This document shows, one piece after another, positions 8,752 through 10,708 of a stretch of DNA of 10,708 bases. The DNA lies in assembly GCA_043228905.1 (NCBI GenBank), contig JBHGNT010001241.1:1-10708 (forward strand). Direction: 5' to 3'. The DNA comes from Azolla caroliniana (taxonomy: Eukaryota > Plantae > Polypodiophyta). Both the position numbers and the translations under genes were made by a program. The notes under the pieces were generated by a model. The model searched no databases and had not been told where the DNA came from. It worked only from the letters and a program-made list of their open reading frames with translations. Every line of letters starts with the position of its first letter. The stretch's first letter is position 1.

Positions 8752-9025
8752 ATCTCTGAGATACTTGAGCTTCTCTTGATTTCTCCGAAATGGCCCCAAC
8801 CTTTTCCGTATCTCCCTGAAATTCCCATCATCATCAATCCTAGAGAGAGCGGAGGGGGAGGGAATGAATCGAATAGTGCACATACAACACAAATCGGTCA
8901 ACGACTTGATAGGTGGGTGGTTTCAAGGAAACAATGAGAAACTTAGGGGCATCTTGTATAGAATAAAGGAAAACTCAGGGGCATCTTGTATAGAATAAAG
9001 GAAAACTCAGGGGTATTTAAGATAT
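8752..9025. mobile_element. Old fold-back / MITE-like element upstream of the LYR gene
   Basis: The reverse complement of the left arm (8752-8837) aligns to the right arm (8906-9025, one 32-bp duplicate removed) at about 48/73 columns over the core; 13 of 22 mismatches are transitions. Confidence 0.5.
8945..9013. repeat. Perfect 32-bp tandem duplication
   Basis: AGGGGCATCTTGTATAGAATAAAGGAAAACTC at 8945-8976 and 8977-9008, then AGGGG. Confidence 0.96.
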
Positions 9026-9065
9026 ATGTGCAGAGATAATCAATCATAGGTAGCACAGAGATGAG

Positions 9066-9557
9066 ATGAACAGAGTAAGAGTATATTGTTGTTGTAGAAG
9101 GATCCATGGCTACTCTGGTTCCATCATCATCATCAGAGATCAGAGGCGCCCTCTGTCTCTTCACAGTGGACCAGACAATTTAGAAGAGCTGCTTGACAAG
9201 CATGTGGTCTCTGGGCGCAGCAAGAAACCCGATGATGACGATGAAGCTCGGCGGCATCGCTTGACAAGTACCAGAAGGGAAGCCCTCTCTCTCTACAGAG
9301 ATATCCTTCGTGCCTCACGATTCTTCTTGTGGCCTAATGAGAAAGGTGTCCTTTGGAGAGATGTGTTGAGAGCTAGTTCAAGGAAAGAATTCGAAGATGC
9401 GAGATTCGAACAAGATCCTGAGATTATAGCTCGGCTTCTCGTCGGCGGCAGAGATGCCCTCCAACAAGCTGTGGAGAAGGCTATCAAAAAGCAAAGTGCC
9501 CAAGTCCCTAAACACCCTTTTTCTTTGTCTAATTCTTCGCCAGATCCTGATTTGTGA
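9066..9557 (+). CDS. CIAF1: LYR-motif (Complex1_LYR) mitochondrial protein, CIAF1/EMB1793-like complex I assembly factor; single exon
   Basis: Contains LHSGPDNLEELLDKH..RLTSTRREALSLYRDILRASRFF.W....G.LWRDVLR...RKEFE.ARFE.DPEII.RLL.GG, with the LYR triplet and downstream F. The Arg-rich N-terminus resembles a mitochondrial presequence. Orthology to Arabidopsis At1g76060 is from recall, not a search. Confidence 0.9.
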   Translation: MNRVRVYCCCRRIHGYSGSIIIIRDQRRPLSLHSGPDNLEELLDKHVVSGRSKKPDDDDEARRHRLTSTRREALSLYRDILRASRFFLWPNEKGVLWRDVLRASSRKEFEDARFEQDPEIIARLLVGGRDALQQAVEKAIKKQSAQVPKHPFSLSNSSPDPDL

Positions 9558-9950
9558 CAAAACAAAATGGTAGATTTTTTTTTCCCCTGATTTATCATAT
9601 GAAGTTCTATGTACACATACATACATACAAATACACATACCTGCACGCACATTCATATTTGTCTTCTGAAGTTTTTAATGGTAGTCAATCTGTATGGAAT
9701 ATTTTGTGTGAAATCTGTCCAGAATTACGCATTTATACAACAGATTAGTAGTCAGCATGGAATCAATGAGAAAATATGGATCTCCTTTTATGCCACTTGC
9801 AAAATGTTTTTGTTTCAGATTATTCCACATAGTTCAAATATAAAACAAAGCCAATCTTACAGATTCAACTATAAGGGGGGGATGTCAGATTAAGGAGGGA
9901 ATGTAAGAGCCCTTATATTTATGAATTCTGAATTTGGATTCCATTACATT

Positions 9951-9982
9951 GAGAGAGAGAGAGAGAAAGAAAGAAAGAAAGA
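9951..9982. repeat. Short (GA)n(GAAA)n microsatellite
   Basis: GAGAGAGAGAGAGAGAAAGAAAGAAAGAAAGA. Confidence 0.85.
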
Positions 9983-10047
9983 TATATTAACGCCTTTTAA
10001 GAGGCCAAAATGGCCTATAAGACCAAATAAGATATTACAAAATTAGA

Positions 10048-10250
10048 GATCAAAATTGGTGTATGATACAAATCATGATTACATATAAGGGTGAATTCAT
10101 GATATCCATTCTGAAACAGAAATAAAAGCTCTAGATTTCCTACACTATCGATCAAATTTGACCTATGACCCAATCATGTTTATAAATAAGGGTGAATTCA
10201 TGTTATCCATTCTGAAACAAAAATAAAAGATCAAGGTTTCCTAAATATCC
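10048..10250. repeat. ~101-bp tandem duplication (2 copies)
   Basis: ATAAGGGTGAATTCATG(A/T)TATCCATTCTGAAACA(G/A)AAATAAAAG..TTTCCTA at 10085-10142 and 10186-10243. Similarity extends upstream to GATCAAA at 10048 and 10150. Confidence 0.92.
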
Positions 10251-10708
10251 ATGATAATGACCGTAAGCATGCAGTTAAATAATTGTGGAAATGTCAAGTG
10301 CGTAATGAATAGGTATGTGTTAAGTAGTGGTGAGAGAGCATTGTATCAAAGGTTGGTTGGTACAATGGAGTGAGGCTATGACGAAGTTCACTGAGTGCAA
10401 TTGAGTGTCCTCGGGTGGTTTAGACATGGCAAGCAATGATCCTCCGAATTTTTGTGATGGTATGGTTCTGGTGCTTTTTACCCTGGTACTACTTGTAAGT
10501 CTCTATGGTCATCAGCATTCCTCTTTTCGTTCTATGATGAATCTTCAGCACATTCTCAGTGGAGGTGTGGGATGAAGAAGAAGTCAATGATATGTGATTG
10601 CTGTTGCATCCTGTGTGTAATATAAGGGCTGATTCCCCGTGTTTTCAAAGCTCAAGAAACCTTTGGCCAAAGTGCCATGGGTCAGCTTTCTTCATCATCT
10701 GCTGAATG

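Noticed and set aside
9133-9656. Antisense ORFs over the LYR gene
   Set aside because: Shadow frames of a real CDS, starting in or near a small TACA tract, with no recognisable motif.
10430-10708. Coding-like composition on the minus strand
   Set aside because: Stops in all frames and no recognisable domain; it may be the edge of a decayed element extending beyond the window.

Overview
AT-rich eukaryotic nuclear DNA from a land plant; the long (TACA)n/(GA)n tracts suggest a large-genome lineage such as a fern, which is inference only. It holds two + strand genes. Gene 1 is a spliced member of the plant family of unknown function that starts MSRC(F/Y)P(F/Y)PPPGYEKK and ends ALPYV(V/I)P: join(2214..2291,5419..5512,5638..6161), 231 aa, with a possible extra in-frame 42-nt exon at 4830..4871. 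Gene 2 is an intronless LYR-motif mitochondrial protein resembling CIAF1/EMB1793 (9066..9557). The most unusual structure is a cryptic array of about 14 degenerate copies of the exon-1/intron-1 junction of gene 1, filling the first ~1.8 kb of intron 1, with GT or GC kept at the donor-equivalent position in almost every copy. Gene 1 also has an overlapping uORF and a (CCCTAA)5 plus telo-box promoter/leader. Two old fold-back (MITE-like) elements and several micro/minisatellites and short tandem duplications are present. Most ORFs in the supplied track are repeat-derived noise. All alignments were done by hand.
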